Assembly (NCBI GenBank): GCA_965246715.1
Contig: CBDFFH010000044.1
Coordinates: 73,044 to 137,043 of the forward strand
From: Chamaesiphon sp.
GTDB taxonomy: Bacteria > Cyanobacteriota > Cyanobacteriia > Cyanobacteriales > Chamaesiphonaceae
DNA: 64,000 nt
Direction: 5' to 3'
Shown piece by piece: positions 38,866 to 49,700 of this stretch (the stretch's first letter is position 1; every line of letters begins with the position of its first letter). The notes beneath the pieces are model-generated. The model was not told the origin of the DNA, ran no database searches, and worked only from the letters and a program-made list of their open reading frames with translations. The position numbers and the translations under genes are program-made.

Positions 38866-40230
38866 ATGGATATTGCCGAAGCCCTGAAAATAGCTGACAA
38901 TTTGGTCTTCGCATCGCGCAATAAGCATCTCAATGACTTGGAACGATCGATTATTGAAGGTGTCTGTCAGGGCAAAAAATATTCACAGATAGCCAGGGAT
39001 AACTACTGTGAGCAATCTCACGTTAATGATGTTGCTGCTGGTTTGTGGAAGGCTATCTCTGAGGCTGTAGGAGAACAAGTAAAGAAGGCAAATTTTCGCT
39101 CTACTATCGAACGATATCGATCTGAAAATAGTTCATCATTTTTTGGACAGATATCATCACTGAATGTCTGTTCTGAGATCACACTAAATAATCATCAATA
39201 TCACAACGATCGAAAATTAGATCGATCGAATATCCCACAGTATTTAAAAACAATTCCAGATCTTGTACCTATCTACGATCGCACTCAAGAACTAGACTCG
39301 CTCAAAAGCTGGATACTCACAGAGAAATGTCGCTCCATCGTCATCTCCGGTGCTGCTGGTATTGGTAAAACTGCTTTAGCTAGACAATTACTAGAAGATA
39401 TCAAAGATGAGTTTGATGAGATCGTTTGGCAGAGTTTAGGCTGTCAGCGTTCTGTGGTGGAATTTATCGATCGCAATCTCATCGCATCACTCAATATTGC
39501 TGCTTTACCAGAACCACCATTAGATTTAGAAGCTAGATTATCTCTCCTGCTCGAACATTTCCGAGAGCATCGCTGTTTGATAATATTAGACGATCTCGAT
39601 CGACTCTTCAGCAGCGGTGAATTAGCAGGTAACTATACAGAAGAATATCGAGAGTACCGAGATTTATTTAGGCGAATTTGGGAGACAAATCATCAAAGCT
39701 GTGTATTGCTAATGAGTCGGGAGGAGCCGAGTGGAATGGCTGGAGCGGTTAGCAATAATAGCTCGATTCATTCTTTGCCACTTGGCGGATTGGGTGATGG
39801 TGGTAGGGAAATATTTAGATCGAAGGGCTTGAGTGATGAGGATCGATGGGATTACGCAATCGAGCATTTAGGTGGAAATCCAGCTTATCTAAAATCGGTA
39901 GCGATCGCGATTAATAAGTTATTTGGTGGTAAGGTTGGTGAATTGTGTAAGTACGAAGAATTATTCCTGACTGAAGACATTAGATCGATGTTGACTCATC
40001 AATTCGATCGATTATCAGCAGCGGAACGAGAGGTAATTCGATGTTTAGCTAGTGAGACTATACAAATAAATATATCTAGAATTATCGATTCACTAAATCT
40101 ATCACCCGCAGATGTAGGGAATGCGATCGTATCTTTGGGTAGGCGGGGATTAGTCGAGCAAACTGAAACAGATGATGGGACATTTTTTAGTTTAAGATCG
40201 ATCGTCAAGATATTTATATCCCAGGTCTAA
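38866..40230 (+). CDS. N-terminal wHTH + NB-ARC/STAND ATPase without C-terminal repeat domain
   Basis: KHLNDLE..IIEG...GKKYSQIA...LWKAISEA.GE.V.K.N; Walker A GAAGIGKT; Walker B LIILDD; GGNP motif. Confidence 0.8.
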   Translation: MDIAEALKIADNLVFASRNKHLNDLERSIIEGVCQGKKYSQIARDNYCEQSHVNDVAAGLWKAISEAVGEQVKKANFRSTIERYRSENSSSFFGQISSLNVCSEITLNNHQYHNDRKLDRSNIPQYLKTIPDLVPIYDRTQELDSLKSWILTEKCRSIVISGAAGIGKTALARQLLEDIKDEFDEIVWQSLGCQRSVVEFIDRNLIASLNIAALPEPPLDLEARLSLLLEHFREHRCLIILDDLDRLFSSGELAGNYTEEYREYRDLFRRIWETNHQSCVLLMSREEPSGMAGAVSNNSSIHSLPLGGLGDGGREIFRSKGLSDEDRWDYAIEHLGGNPAYLKSVAIAINKLFGGKVGELCKYEELFLTEDIRSMLTHQFDRLSAAEREVIRCLASETIQINISRIIDSLNLSPADVGNAIVSLGRRGLVEQTETDDGTFFSLRSIVKIFISQV

Positions 40231-40333
40231 ATATTAAATAAATCGCCCAATATTCAGATTATCGATCGATCGACACAAATCACTCCTACCAATCTACGTT
40301 CTCACCTACAAAATGATTAGTATTTAGTCAAAT

Positions 40334-41101
40334 CGAAGACGCTTGTGCTGGACTCGCTCTGATGGGTGCCCGTACACTGTGGTGTTCCTACGAATCCTTC
40401 GCCATCAACGGTTTACCAATTTGGCAAACCGTCACCCAAGCAATGGCAGAATTGCGCCGTAAAACACCTTCTACCATTACCCTCTACACCGCAGGCGCAT
40501 TAGAACAGGGGCGTAACGGCTGGACGCACCAACGCCCTGAAATCGAAGCCTACTTTGCCTCGATGATGCGCAATGGTAACGTCTTCCCCCTCTTCCCTAC
40601 GGATGCGAATAGTATTCAGGCTTGCTACGACTGGGCATTAACTACCCAGAATAAAGGTGTGGTAATTACCGCTAGTAAATCACCCCTACCCATCCGCACC
40701 ACCTTCGCCCAAACTCGTCAAGGGTTGGAAGATGGCGCGGTAGTCTTGCAAGACACTCCTGGCGATAAGCAGGTGGTCTTCGCAGTCATCGGCGACATGA
40801 CGCTAGTTCCCGCATTTGAAGCCGCTGCGTTTTTAACAACCGAAGGCATCGGCTCGAAAATCGTCTCGATTATCAATCCGCGTCGGTTGTACCGTCCGAC
40901 TGATGTTGCCTGGGATACCTGTAGCGAACCAGATGGTGGTTTTCTCAGCGATGCCAAGTTTAACGACATCTTCGGCGGCAATGCTTTAATCGGCGTGACA
41001 GGTGGCGCACCTGCGATGTTGGAGCCTGTGATGTTGCGATCGAATTCTCCTCGCGATACCTTCGCCTGGAAGCGTGGCGAAACTACTGCTACTGCGGGTC
41101 A
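40334..41101 (+). pseudogene. Duplicated 3' part of the phosphoketolase gene (direct repeat of 34704-35483)
   Basis: Core appears identical by eye; edges carry synonymous changes and a 12-nt deletion; lacks the 5' ~450 codons and the native last ~22 codons. Confidence 0.92.
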
Positions 41102-41109
41102 TTTAAAAC

Positions 41110-41148
41110 TAAAGCAAGGCAGATATTATCTGCTTTGCTTTAAAAAAA
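41110..41148. terminator. Hairpin between the phosphoketolase fragment and the convergent DAHP synthase
   Basis: taaagcaaggcagata / tatctgctttgcttta. Confidence 0.6.
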
Positions 41149-41175
41149 TGAACTAGCAACTTTTAGAGTCGCAAC

Positions 41176-42297
41176 TTAGCTGAGCCGCTCGTAAGCTGCA
41201 AGGATAATGCGTTCGGTTTCGGCCCAGTCGATACATTTATCAGTTACCGAAACACCGTATTTTAATTCACTCAAGTCAGCAGGAATCGATTGTCCACCTG
41301 CGTTGAGATTGGATTCTAACATCATCCCAACGATCGAGTTATTGCCATTAATGATTTGTTGGATCGCACTTTCAAAAACGATCGGTTGGAGACGATAATC
41401 TTTATTCGAGTTGCCATGACTGCAATCGATCGTAATCCGAGGTGGTAGTCCAGCTTTTTTGAGTTCGGTCTCGGCTTGTTGGACACTGACAGGATCGTAG
41501 TTAGGTTTGCCATCGCCACCACGTAAGATAATATGGCCGTAAGCATTCCCTCGGGTCTGAAAAACACTGACTTGTCCGAGCTTATTGATACCCAGGAAAT
41601 TGTGTGGTTGTTTGGCCGATTGGAGCGCATTTAACGCAACCTTGACACTACCGTCGGTACCATTCTTGAAGCCAACAGGCATCGATAGGCCGCTGGCCAT
41701 CTCCCGATGCGTTTGGGATTCCGTCGTTCTCGCACCGATTGCCGCCCACGCAATTAGTTCGTCGAGGTATTGGGGGACGATCGGGTCGAGTGCTTCAGTG
41801 GCTGTTGGCAAGCCGATTTCAGTTATTTTTATGAGTAAATTTCTTCCTGTAGATAAGCCCTTCTCGACATCGAAGGACTCATCCATATTGGGGTCGTTAA
41901 TCAATCCTTTCCACCCAACTGTCGTGCGGGGCTTCTCGAAGTAAACTCGCATGATGAGGAGGAGTTTATCGGAGACGCGATCGGCTAAAGTTTTTAATTT
42001 GTGGGCGTATTCTTCGGCGGCAACAATATCATGAATCGAACAAGGCCCAACGACAATGAACTTGCGATCGTCTTGAAAATCCAGAATTGCTTGAATTTGT
42101 TTGCGATAATCAAGGATGCGTTGTTCTAAATCTGGCGATAATGGGAGCTTTTCTTTAAGTTCTTTGGGCGTAATCAAGATTTTGGAATAGTTAATATTTG
42201 TATCGCCAAGAACATTAGACTCCATGATATTTTCCAAGTTCTGGATCTGTCGATCTTCTTTCAGAGATGCGTCGCCAATTGATATGGGATTTTGCAT
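41176..42297 (-). CDS. aroF: 3-deoxy-7-phosphoheptulonate (DAHP) synthase, class I-alpha
   Basis: GPCSIHD, RVYFEKPRTTVGWKGLIND, IGARTTESQTHRE, DCSHGNS; true start may be the ATG at 42225. Confidence 0.92.
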   Translation of the reverse strand: MQNPISIGDASLKEDRQIQNLENIMESNVLGDTNINYSKILITPKELKEKLPLSPDLEQRILDYRKQIQAILDFQDDRKFIVVGPCSIHDIVAAEEYAHKLKTLADRVSDKLLLIMRVYFEKPRTTVGWKGLINDPNMDESFDVEKGLSTGRNLLIKITEIGLPTATEALDPIVPQYLDELIAWAAIGARTTESQTHREMASGLSMPVGFKNGTDGSVKVALNALQSAKQPHNFLGINKLGQVSVFQTRGNAYGHIILRGGDGKPNYDPVSVQQAETELKKAGLPPRITIDCSHGNSNKDYRLQPIVFESAIQQIINGNNSIVGMMLESNLNAGGQSIPADLSELKYGVSVTDKCIDWAETERIILAAYERLS

Positions 42298-42825
42298 GGT
42301 AGGAGATAGTGGATAGTGTTGTGTAAACGTTGAAACAGTCGCGAACGTTTTACCCCACGTAGGGCACAGCTTACTCTCTGCTCGGGTCGGGATGATTTAC
42401 TTAAATATTTAAAGATCGATCGGTAGTCAGATTATTTGGATTACTTCAGTAATTTAACGGTCTGAAGGTAGTAAGCATCGATCGATCTGCTGCCCACACT
42501 AGGGCATAATTCACAGTTAGATTCTAAATCGACGCCAACTAAATAAATACATAGAACTTATATTTCGATCGATTGGATAACTTAAAAGCTGACTTATTTC
42601 GGACGCAAAATCGGGTTAGCTAGAGTGATGGCCTGCTTTTGGCAGCGAGGTCGCACTCTGGAACTGAGGAATTTGGTCGAAATTTTGGGCGAACGCCCTT
42701 GTTAATACTATAGTAAAACAAACTGCCAGATGTGACTAGTATCTTTAGGTAGATCGGTAGTCATAGATCGATCGCAGCGTTAAAATCGACCTAACTAGAT
42801 CTGTTTCACCTCGCCCTAATCCACC

Positions 42826-44070
42826 ATGTTTGCCACTAACGCCCCCACGCAACCGATTAATCCAGAGAAGATTAGACCGGATATTCGCGCCTTGCAGCCA
42901 CAGCTGGTCGCCTTGAGGCGGCAGATCCACCAATATCCCGAACTCGGATTCAAAGAGCAACTGACTGCCGCAACGATCGCCAGTAAGCTCAAAGAATGGG
43001 GCATTCCGCACGAGACGGGCATTGCGAAAACAGGGGTCGTGGCCATGATTCAAGGTCGCAAGACTAGTTTTCGGCTCCGCACGCTGGCAATTCGCGCGGA
43101 TATGGATGCACTGCCGATTCAAGAAGCCAATGATGTGCCATACAAGTCCCGCCACGACGGTGTGATGCACGCCTGCGGGCACGATGGACATACCGCAATT
43201 GCCTTGATGACAGCTTACTATCTATCTCAACATCGCAGTGACTTTGCCGGGACGGTGAAAATCATCTTCCAGCCCGCCGAGGAAGGCCCAGGCGGTGCCA
43301 AACCGATGATTGAGGCGGGAGTACTTACCAATCCCGATGTCAATGCAATTATCGGCTTACACCTGTGGAATAATTTACCGCTCGGGACGATTGGAGTCCG
43401 CAGTGGCGCGCTCATGGCGGCGGTCGAAAGATTTTCGCTGACGATCCAAGGCAAGGGCGGACATGGCGCGATGCCCCACCAGACTGTAGATGCGATCGTT
43501 GTCGGAAGTCAAATCGTGAATGCATTGCAAACGATCGTCTCCCGCAATGTCAATCCGATCGATTCGGCGGTCGTGACCGTCGGTAAATTTCAGGCGGGGA
43601 CTGCAAAAAATGTGATTGCCGACACCGCAACACTCGAAGGCACGGTCAGATATTTTAATCCCGATCTCGTCGGATTTTTTCAGCAGCGAATCGACGCGAT
43701 CGTGGCTGGGATATGTGCCAGTTATGGCGCAAGTTATGACTTAGATTATATTAATTTTTATCCACCAGTCGTCAACGATGAAAAAATTACCGAGCTGGTG
43801 CGATCGGTGGCCACCGATCTCGTCGAAACGCCGCTGGGGATCGTGCCGGAATGTCAAACTATGGGGGGCGAAGATATGTCCTTCTTTCTTCAGAAAGTAC
43901 CAGGTTGTTATTTCTTCCTCGGCTCGGCAAATACCGCTGGTAACGTCGCGCAGAATCCAAATAGTGCTTTGGCTTATCCCCATCACCATCCCCGCTTTGA
44001 CTTTGATGAAACGGCGCTGGCTACTGGCGTAGAAATATTCGTTCGCTGTGTTGAGAAATACTGTAATTAG
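42826..44070 (+). CDS. M20 amidohydrolase (N-acyl-L-amino acid amidohydrolase-like)
   Basis: RADMDALP, MHACGHDGH, FQPAEEG, GGEDMS, PHHHPRF. Confidence 0.92.
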   Translation: MFATNAPTQPINPEKIRPDIRALQPQLVALRRQIHQYPELGFKEQLTAATIASKLKEWGIPHETGIAKTGVVAMIQGRKTSFRLRTLAIRADMDALPIQEANDVPYKSRHDGVMHACGHDGHTAIALMTAYYLSQHRSDFAGTVKIIFQPAEEGPGGAKPMIEAGVLTNPDVNAIIGLHLWNNLPLGTIGVRSGALMAAVERFSLTIQGKGGHGAMPHQTVDAIVVGSQIVNALQTIVSRNVNPIDSAVVTVGKFQAGTAKNVIADTATLEGTVRYFNPDLVGFFQQRIDAIVAGICASYGASYDLDYINFYPPVVNDEKITELVRSVATDLVETPLGIVPECQTMGGEDMSFFLQKVPGCYFFLGSANTAGNVAQNPNSALAYPHHHPRFDFDETALATGVEIFVRCVEKYCN

Positions 44071-44216
44071 GTGCTCAGATCGCAAGTTATTGCAACCCGC
44101 AATGGTGCGAAGATCGCCGAGCGAGTAACCGCTGTTGGCAATTGAGTTGGGTTTCGATCGTCCCCGTTTTACTGGTGCGATTGCTGGAGATGGCTATCGA
44201 TCGCGCTTAGAGCTGG

Positions 44217-45317
44217 CTACTGGTCTAATACCTGCTTAATGGCACCATTCCACTTGGTCATGACCCGATCGACTCCAAAGCGATCGAGGATTCTCGGCGC
44301 GTAGTGCGAGAAGTATTGCCGTTTGACCGGATCGGACATCAATAAATCCAAAGCCACGGCTAACGCATCGACATTTTCAGTTACCACCAACATCCCATCG
44401 GTACCATCGTGAATCATCTCGCGCGGGCCACTCAAACAATCAGTGGCGATCGCGGGTACACCACAAGCCATTGCTTCGCCGAGAGCGACGGGAAAACCTT
44501 CAAATCGGGATGTCATGGCAAAAATATCGGCTTTGTGCAGATAGGCATCGACATTTTTGACGACTCCTGGCATATATACCTGTTCGTCGAGCTTTAGTTG
44601 CGTACAAAGATCTTCTAGTTCGTCCCGCATATTTCCTTCACCCAAAATCGTCAACGTCCACTCAGGATGCCGATCGCTAACTTGGGCAAAGGCTTTGATT
44701 AGCAGGTCGAAACCTTTTTGGTAACTTAATTTACCCACTGCGAGTAAGTGCCGGTCGTCGGTATGGAGCCGCGATTCGATCGTTTCTGATGTGGGCAGTG
44801 AGATGGGATTGGGGATCACTGCCGTATTAAAGCCGCGACTGGATGGGAAAAAAGACAAGGCACCATGAGTCTGCACGGTAATCAGATCGGCGCGTCGATA
44901 AGCCCAATTTTGCCAAAATTGCCAAAATTTATCTAGTCCGTTAAAACTTGGATGCACCTGTTCGGTAACGATCGTTCGGACCTTCAGTCCCCAACAAGCT
45001 AGGACTGTAAAAATATTGACTTTATTGCCAAAACTAATTGCCACATCGGGATTACTATTTTTAATCGCCTTTCTCAGGATCTGGATGCGGCGGAGATTAG
45101 CCCCGATCGCTGCTATCCCACTAGTGTCTTGTCCGGAAATTCCCAATGAGAGTAAATCGATCCGCCGATCGATCTCATAGAATGGCTCGGCATAACCAGA
45201 ATCGAAGGTCAGGATCGTCACTTTCCAACCGAGATCGGCCCAATAGTTGGCAAGAATTGACATGACTCGTTCTGTACCACCAACTTCCAGGGAAGAACTA
45301 ATCAGGGTAAGTTTCAT
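44217..45317 (-). CDS. Glycosyltransferase family 4 (AmsD-like)
   Basis: GGTERV, KGFDLLI, SRFEGFP..L.EAMACG. Confidence 0.9.
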   Translation of the reverse strand: MKLTLISSSLEVGGTERVMSILANYWADLGWKVTILTFDSGYAEPFYEIDRRIDLLSLGISGQDTSGIAAIGANLRRIQILRKAIKNSNPDVAISFGNKVNIFTVLACWGLKVRTIVTEQVHPSFNGLDKFWQFWQNWAYRRADLITVQTHGALSFFPSSRGFNTAVIPNPISLPTSETIESRLHTDDRHLLAVGKLSYQKGFDLLIKAFAQVSDRHPEWTLTILGEGNMRDELEDLCTQLKLDEQVYMPGVVKNVDAYLHKADIFAMTSRFEGFPVALGEAMACGVPAIATDCLSGPREMIHDGTDGMLVVTENVDALAVALDLLMSDPVKRQYFSHYAPRILDRFGVDRVMTKWNGAIKQVLDQ

Positions 45318-45769
45318 TGGATCTCAAAAAGTATATATTAAGAATGGGAATGTCGTCGATCGCTACCTGCAGTTGACGATCTGTGGTGTTAGCATTGATA
45401 GCCTTCCGGGTGAGGCAATAACGTTATAGTCTAAATCGTCATCAGCTCTATTTTGGTTGCGACGATCGCCGATCGTTACTCTCGGCCAGATCGATCTCAC
45501 AAACCAAAGCAAACTTGGTTAATAGTAACATTGTGAGCAAAAACACAACATTTCTGTGAGATTACCGACTAAAGTTTGCGTTGTTAACTAGCGTAAAGTA
45601 AAAATCTCAAAAAGTTAAACGGCAATTTGACGCATATATTTATTTCTTCGCCACATGTAGTAACATTGCTCATCTGTATAGCGTTCCCCAAGGAATGTGC
45701 TAATGTCACATGGCGCTGCCTGACGAATATTGCCTCTAACTAATTAGCAAAATTATCGCAACAGTAATT

Positions 45770-46645
45770 ATGAGCGGACAACTGGGTCGGATTCTCGATG
45801 GTAAAGCTTTAGCCCAAAAGATGCAGGAGGCATTGCAACAGCGGGTTAGCCAATTGCAGCCTAACATCGGTCGTCCCCCAGGCTTGGCAGTATTGATGGT
45901 TGGAAATAATCCGGCTAGTGCTGCTTACGTTGGTGGCAAGGAAAAAGCTTGTCTCAAAGTTGGGATGAGGTCGTTCGGGCAGCATTTTGCTGCTGATGTC
46001 AGTCAAGCGCAACTGGTCAAAGTAATTCACGAATTAAATGCGGACGATCGCGTGGATGGGATCTTAGTCCAATTGCCATTGCCTGAAGGATTTGATTCCG
46101 TAGCACTCCTGCATGAGATCGCCCCCCACAAGGACGCAGATGGTCTCCACGCTCTCAATTTAGGGCATTTGGTTAGAGGCGAACCCGGATTGCGTAGTTG
46201 CACGCCTGGGGGCGTTATGCGGCTACTTGAAGAATATCAGCTAGATGTACGCGGCAAACATGCCGTTGTCGTCGGACGGAGTATTTTAGTAGGCAAGCCG
46301 TTGGCGTTGATGTTATTGGAAGCTGATGCCACAGTCACGATCGCGCATTCCCGCACGCCAGATCTCGCCGCAGTCTGTCGCGAAGCCGATATTTTGGTAG
46401 CTGCTGTGGGCAGAACGCAGATGATTACCGCCGAGATGGTCAAACCTGGGGCGGTGGTTATCGATGTGGGCATCAATCGGATCGACGATCCGGTTACGGG
46501 TAAATCGCGGTTGGTTGGTGATGTCGATTTCGAGCGGGTAAAAGAGATCGCCAGTTGGATTACCCCCGTTCCTGGTGGTGTCGGCGCGATGACAGTAACG
46601 ATGTTATTAGAAAATACCGTCTGGAGCTATGCCCAGAAAAAATGA
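45770..46645 (+). CDS. folD: Methylenetetrahydrofolate dehydrogenase/cyclohydrolase
   Basis: [31 protein letters not shown]. Confidence 0.95.
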   Translation: MSGQLGRILDGKALAQKMQEALQQRVSQLQPNIGRPPGLAVLMVGNNPASAAYVGGKEKACLKVGMRSFGQHFAADVSQAQLVKVIHELNADDRVDGILVQLPLPEGFDSVALLHEIAPHKDADGLHALNLGHLVRGEPGLRSCTPGGVMRLLEEYQLDVRGKHAVVVGRSILVGKPLALMLLEADATVTIAHSRTPDLAAVCREADILVAAVGRTQMITAEMVKPGAVVIDVGINRIDDPVTGKSRLVGDVDFERVKEIASWITPVPGGVGAMTVTMLLENTVWSYAQKK

Positions 46646-46764
46646 GGCAATTGGATGATAAGTTGAGATCTTTCTGAGTGAGTGTTTTTTATAGCTGGAA
46701 GTTAGGGCATTGATACAGCGGTCATGCCGTGCGCGAGGAGTCATCCGATCGCGCGATCGATGAT

Positions 46765-49700
46765 TCAGCCTGTCGCGGGGCGCAGCGGCCAGGTAAAGTA
46801 GAACGTTGTCCCCTTACCCAGTTCTGACTCTAGCCAAATCTGACCTCCGGCAGTTTCGACAATTTTTTTGACGATGCTCAGGCCGATACCCGTGCTATCA
46901 GCATTTTTTTGCGGATTCGCGGATTGGAAAATAACGAATACTCGATCGCGATATTCGGGCGCGATCCCTGGGCCATCGTCACAGATCGCAAATTCATAGC
47001 TATCGCCTAGCTCTCGACTGGAAATCCGAATGCAGCCATCCGACCTGTCGTGATGTTTGAAGGCATTGCTAATCAGGTTAGCAAATACTTGAGATAGTAG
47101 CAGTCGCTTGGCTGCAAGGGTGGGCATCTGGGAGGCGATGTCGAGCTTGAATGTCGGTGGTGGATCGATCGATTCGATGACTTCATTTAGTAAATCTGCC
47201 ACTGAAACTAGCTCTACCTGAAGATCTTGGCGACCGACACGCGCATATTCGAGCAGTCCATCGATCATCCCTTCCATCCGATAGATCCGACCTCTGAGCA
47301 GATTCATTTGCTCGGTAGTATTTGCCGAAACCGTGCCTTCAAAGTCTTCTTCAATCCATTGGGACAGATTCGCCACGGCGCGGAGGGGTGCTTTGAGGTC
47401 GTGAGAGACGATGTGGACAAAGCTATTTAACTCTTGATTGCGCTCTTGGAGCTGGATTTCCGACTGGGCGAGGCGACTATTGAGATCGGCAAGTTCGCGG
47501 GCGCGTTCGGCGAGGGCTTCTTCGGCTTGTTTGCGATCGAGTAAGTCGGCGACCTGTCGGGCGAGTACGTCGAGTAAGCGCAGTCTGCGAACTGAGGGCT
47601 GCTGTGGTGTCCGCCACTGGGTGCAGATCGTGCCGACGATCCGACCATTGCGCGAAACTAACGGGGTGGAGTGTACCGCTTTAATGCCACTCAGCCGCGC
47701 ACAATCGAGGTCTACCGATCCCATCGGTAAATTGCAGGTTTCGACATCGCTGATGAATGTCGGTTCGCCACTGGCGGCAGCCTGACCGCTAGCAGTGTTT
47801 GAATCAAGGCCGATCGATTGCCACTGCTCTACCGCTGTTGGATGCAAGCCCCGCGATGCTAGCAGCCGTAGCCGATTCTGGTCGGGGTCGAGCATATAGA
47901 CGCTACCGAGGTCAGCAGCCATCAAGGCGATCGCGGCATCGACGATCTGCTGATAGAGAACATCGATATTGTCTTCGCAAATTAACTGACTGCTAATCTG
48001 CTGTAACTGCTGCATGTCAGCTAGTTCTACTGCTAGTTGCGCCTCACTAACGCGCAATGCTTCCTCTACCCGTTTGCGCTCGGTGATATCGATCGCGACA
48101 CCTAACATCTGGATCGGTGTGCCAGTATTGTCATAGGTGCAAGAACCTTTCGCCGCAATCCAATGAATCGAACCATCCGGCCAACAGGAGCGGTATTCGA
48201 TATCGTAATCCGTCCGCTCTGCCATCGATCGAATCACTGCTGCATGAGTGCGCTGGCGATCATCGGGATGGAGGGCAGCTTGGAAAACTTCGTAGGACAT
48301 TTCCACATCCGCAGGTAAGCCAAAGATCGCTTTACACTGCTCCGTCCAGGTGAGGATGTCGGTTTCGAGGTTCCAGAACCATAGACCTAACTTAGAGGCT
48401 GCTGTCGCTAGGCGCAATTGTTCCTCACGATCGCGCAATGCTGCTGTGGTTTGTCGCTGTTCGATCGTATCGGCGGCTTGACGGGCGAGGAGATCGAGAA
48501 ACTGGATCTGGCGATCGCTCGGTCGGTGGCGAGTGCGCCAATGAGTAGACACCATGCCGATCGGTTTGCCCGTGCGCGAAATCAATGGTGTAGACTGGGC
48601 GGATAATAAGCCTGCTTCTACATGCAGCCGCATCGAGCCGTGGGGGTCTAGGTGCTGGGGCACGTCGAAGTCTACAAACGTCCTACTGCCACTGCAAAGA
48701 GCGATGCCGCAGGAGGTATCCGAGCTAACATCCACCCGTGCGAAATGTTCGCTCAGGTTTAGCGGAATGCCTTGTGAGGCAATGATGCACAAATCTTGGG
48801 TGCTTTCGTCCAGAATTTGGATCGTACCAGCATCGGCACCAGTTAGCTCGATCGCGGCAGCTAGAATCTCGCGATAGAGGGTCTGGAAATCCTCTTCGCT
48901 CACCAGTCGTGCGCCCAGTTCGCGCAGCAGTTGGGTATCGCGGAGGTTGTAGGCAACTATGGCTTCAGCGCGGGCGCGTTCGACGCGGGGGAACAGGCGA
49001 TTGGCTACTTCATAAATCAGCTCGATCTCATCCTCACGCCAATCACGCGATCGCACATCATTAATCGTCAGCAAATATTTCCAGTTGTTGCCGCGATGAA
49101 ACGGTACATGCACAAACGCATGGACATTGAAGGCAGCATATCGATCCGCATTAGTCCGTGGATCGGTTTGGGTATTGCTGACGACAATTGTTGCTCTTGC
49201 CCGCACCGCTCGGTAAAATTCTGCATTGACAAATTCGGAGATCTGATAAACGCCCACCAAGTCCAGCAGATCTGGATCGTGCCAGTTGTACTCCACCGTT
49301 GCCCGATCCTGCGCCTCATCGATTTCGGTAAACAGACATTGTGAGGTGTCGAGATACCTACTCAGCTTCTCGCCCACAGTCTGCATGATTTCATCAGCGG
49401 TGGTGAGTCGGGCAAAGTCGTCCTGAATTGCGGTTAAAAAGGCTGTGTTCGCTTCATGACGTTTGCGTGCCGTGATGTCTTCAAAAATCACTGCCACCTG
49501 CCGACTGTCGGCATTGTCGATCTTGAAAGCGTAGAAGTTGTACCAGGCACCCAGCGATGAGGCATCTAGCTCGTCGCGTTCGCCGATTCCCGTCTGGGCA
49601 ACGCGTCCGAGGGTTTCAAACCAATGACCTTCCAAGCTGGGAAAAACTTCCCGCATCCGCCATCCGATCGGGTTCCCGCCCAGCATTGTGACTGCGGCTG

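Noticed and set aside
40334..41101. Diversity-generating retroelement template/variable repeat
   Set aside because: Differences are not adenine-specific and no reverse transcriptase gene is present.
43933..43956. Possible 8-aa micro-element insert in the amidohydrolase (TAGNVAQN)
   Set aside because: Weak resemblance to the 24-nt family and removal does not restore CGATCG; needs an alignment.
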